Below are positions 63,464-64,000 of a stretch of 64,000 nucleotides of DNA, in pieces. The notes below the pieces were generated by a model, which saw nothing but the letters and a program-made list of their open reading frames with translations, ran no database searches and was not told the DNA's origin. Numbering within the stretch: the stretch's first letter is position 1; each line of letters starts with the position of its first letter. The DNA is from Hormiphora californensis (lineage: Eukaryota > Animalia > Ctenophora), in the NCBI GenBank assembly GCA_020137815.1, contig CM035362.1:2108001-2172000 (forward strand). The letters are read 5' to 3'. The position numbers and the translations under genes are program-made.

Positions 63464-63537
63464 ATGGGGTAAGAGAGAGCATAAAATTATCTTATCTGAG
63501 CTCAGATAAGATAATTTCCTGCTCTCTCTTACCCCAT
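63464..63537. repeat. 74-bp near-perfect palindrome
   Basis: ATGGGGTAAGAGAGAGCATAAAATTATCTTATCTGAG|CTCAGATAAGATAATTTCCTGCTCTCTCTTACCCCAT. Confidence 0.8.
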
Positions 63538-64000
63538 GAGTTGTATATATAGCTCAGATCATATATTATTGGGGGAAGCTCGAGAGCAGGACATTATCTC
63601 ATGACTTATCCATATCTGGGTGTCTATCGCAGCTGTTTTTCCATTTTCCATCTATAGTTGGTATCATCATTATTCATTTTTGGTAGGAATAATTATTCAT
63701 TATTGGTATTCATGTAAATTCCGGAAATCTAAAAAACCCTGGATTTGATCCATCATGATGACATGTGACACATGACTTTTTCACGTTCCACCAACTCTTT
63801 GTGACATGTCATGATGTATATCCATATCTGATTCGTCTGCCCTCTTTGAAATATGTTCAATGATGCTGCAGCAGGTGGCGGAATGATTAAATTAGAGAGT
63901 CATTAAATATGTCCTGTATTTCTTTTCGTTACATATTACTTTTATATAGGAGAGGAGACTCGAGAGGCGAGAGGGTGGAGTCGGAGAGAAAGAGGCAAGA

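Noticed and set aside
62725-63870. Possible minus-strand exons near the right edge
   Set aside because: Some good splice sites but no consistent stop-free model and no recognisable domain.

Overview
Eukaryotic (animal) draft-genome scaffold with spliceosomal GT-AG introns, many (AG/CT)n microsatellites, one 100-N gap (14791-14890) and two low-quality stretches (about 13.0-14.8 kb and 58.5-61.5 kb). The divergent collagen IV NC1 and a 109-bp repeat I recall from Pleurobrachia gene models point to a ctenophore (inference). Genes spliced by hand: (1) an intact 13-exon, 708-aa DDE/CxxH (hAT-like) transposase, 6392-12138 +; (2) the 3' half (linker + CNH domain) of a Misshapen/MAP4K4-family kinase, 17175-23833 +, with no kinase exons visible; (3) a solitary ~29-exon type IV collagen chain, ~32970-47961 +, with an EAEAEAEADPDA pro-segment, Arg/Asp charge blocks, an apparent frameshift near 41285, and an NC1 lacking the sulfilimine Met/Lys pair; (4) a small secreted beta-rich protein, 50031-49178 -, only partly shown in the ORF track; (5) a Ser/Pro-rich, frameshifted gene, ~54626-58007 +. 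Introns and intergenic DNA hold many palindromic miniature transposons with readable 4-, 8- and 9-bp and TTAA target-site duplications, including 57-74 bp elements. The best candidate for an undescribed system is the intron-rich intact transposase together with these tiny 8-bp-TSD elements.
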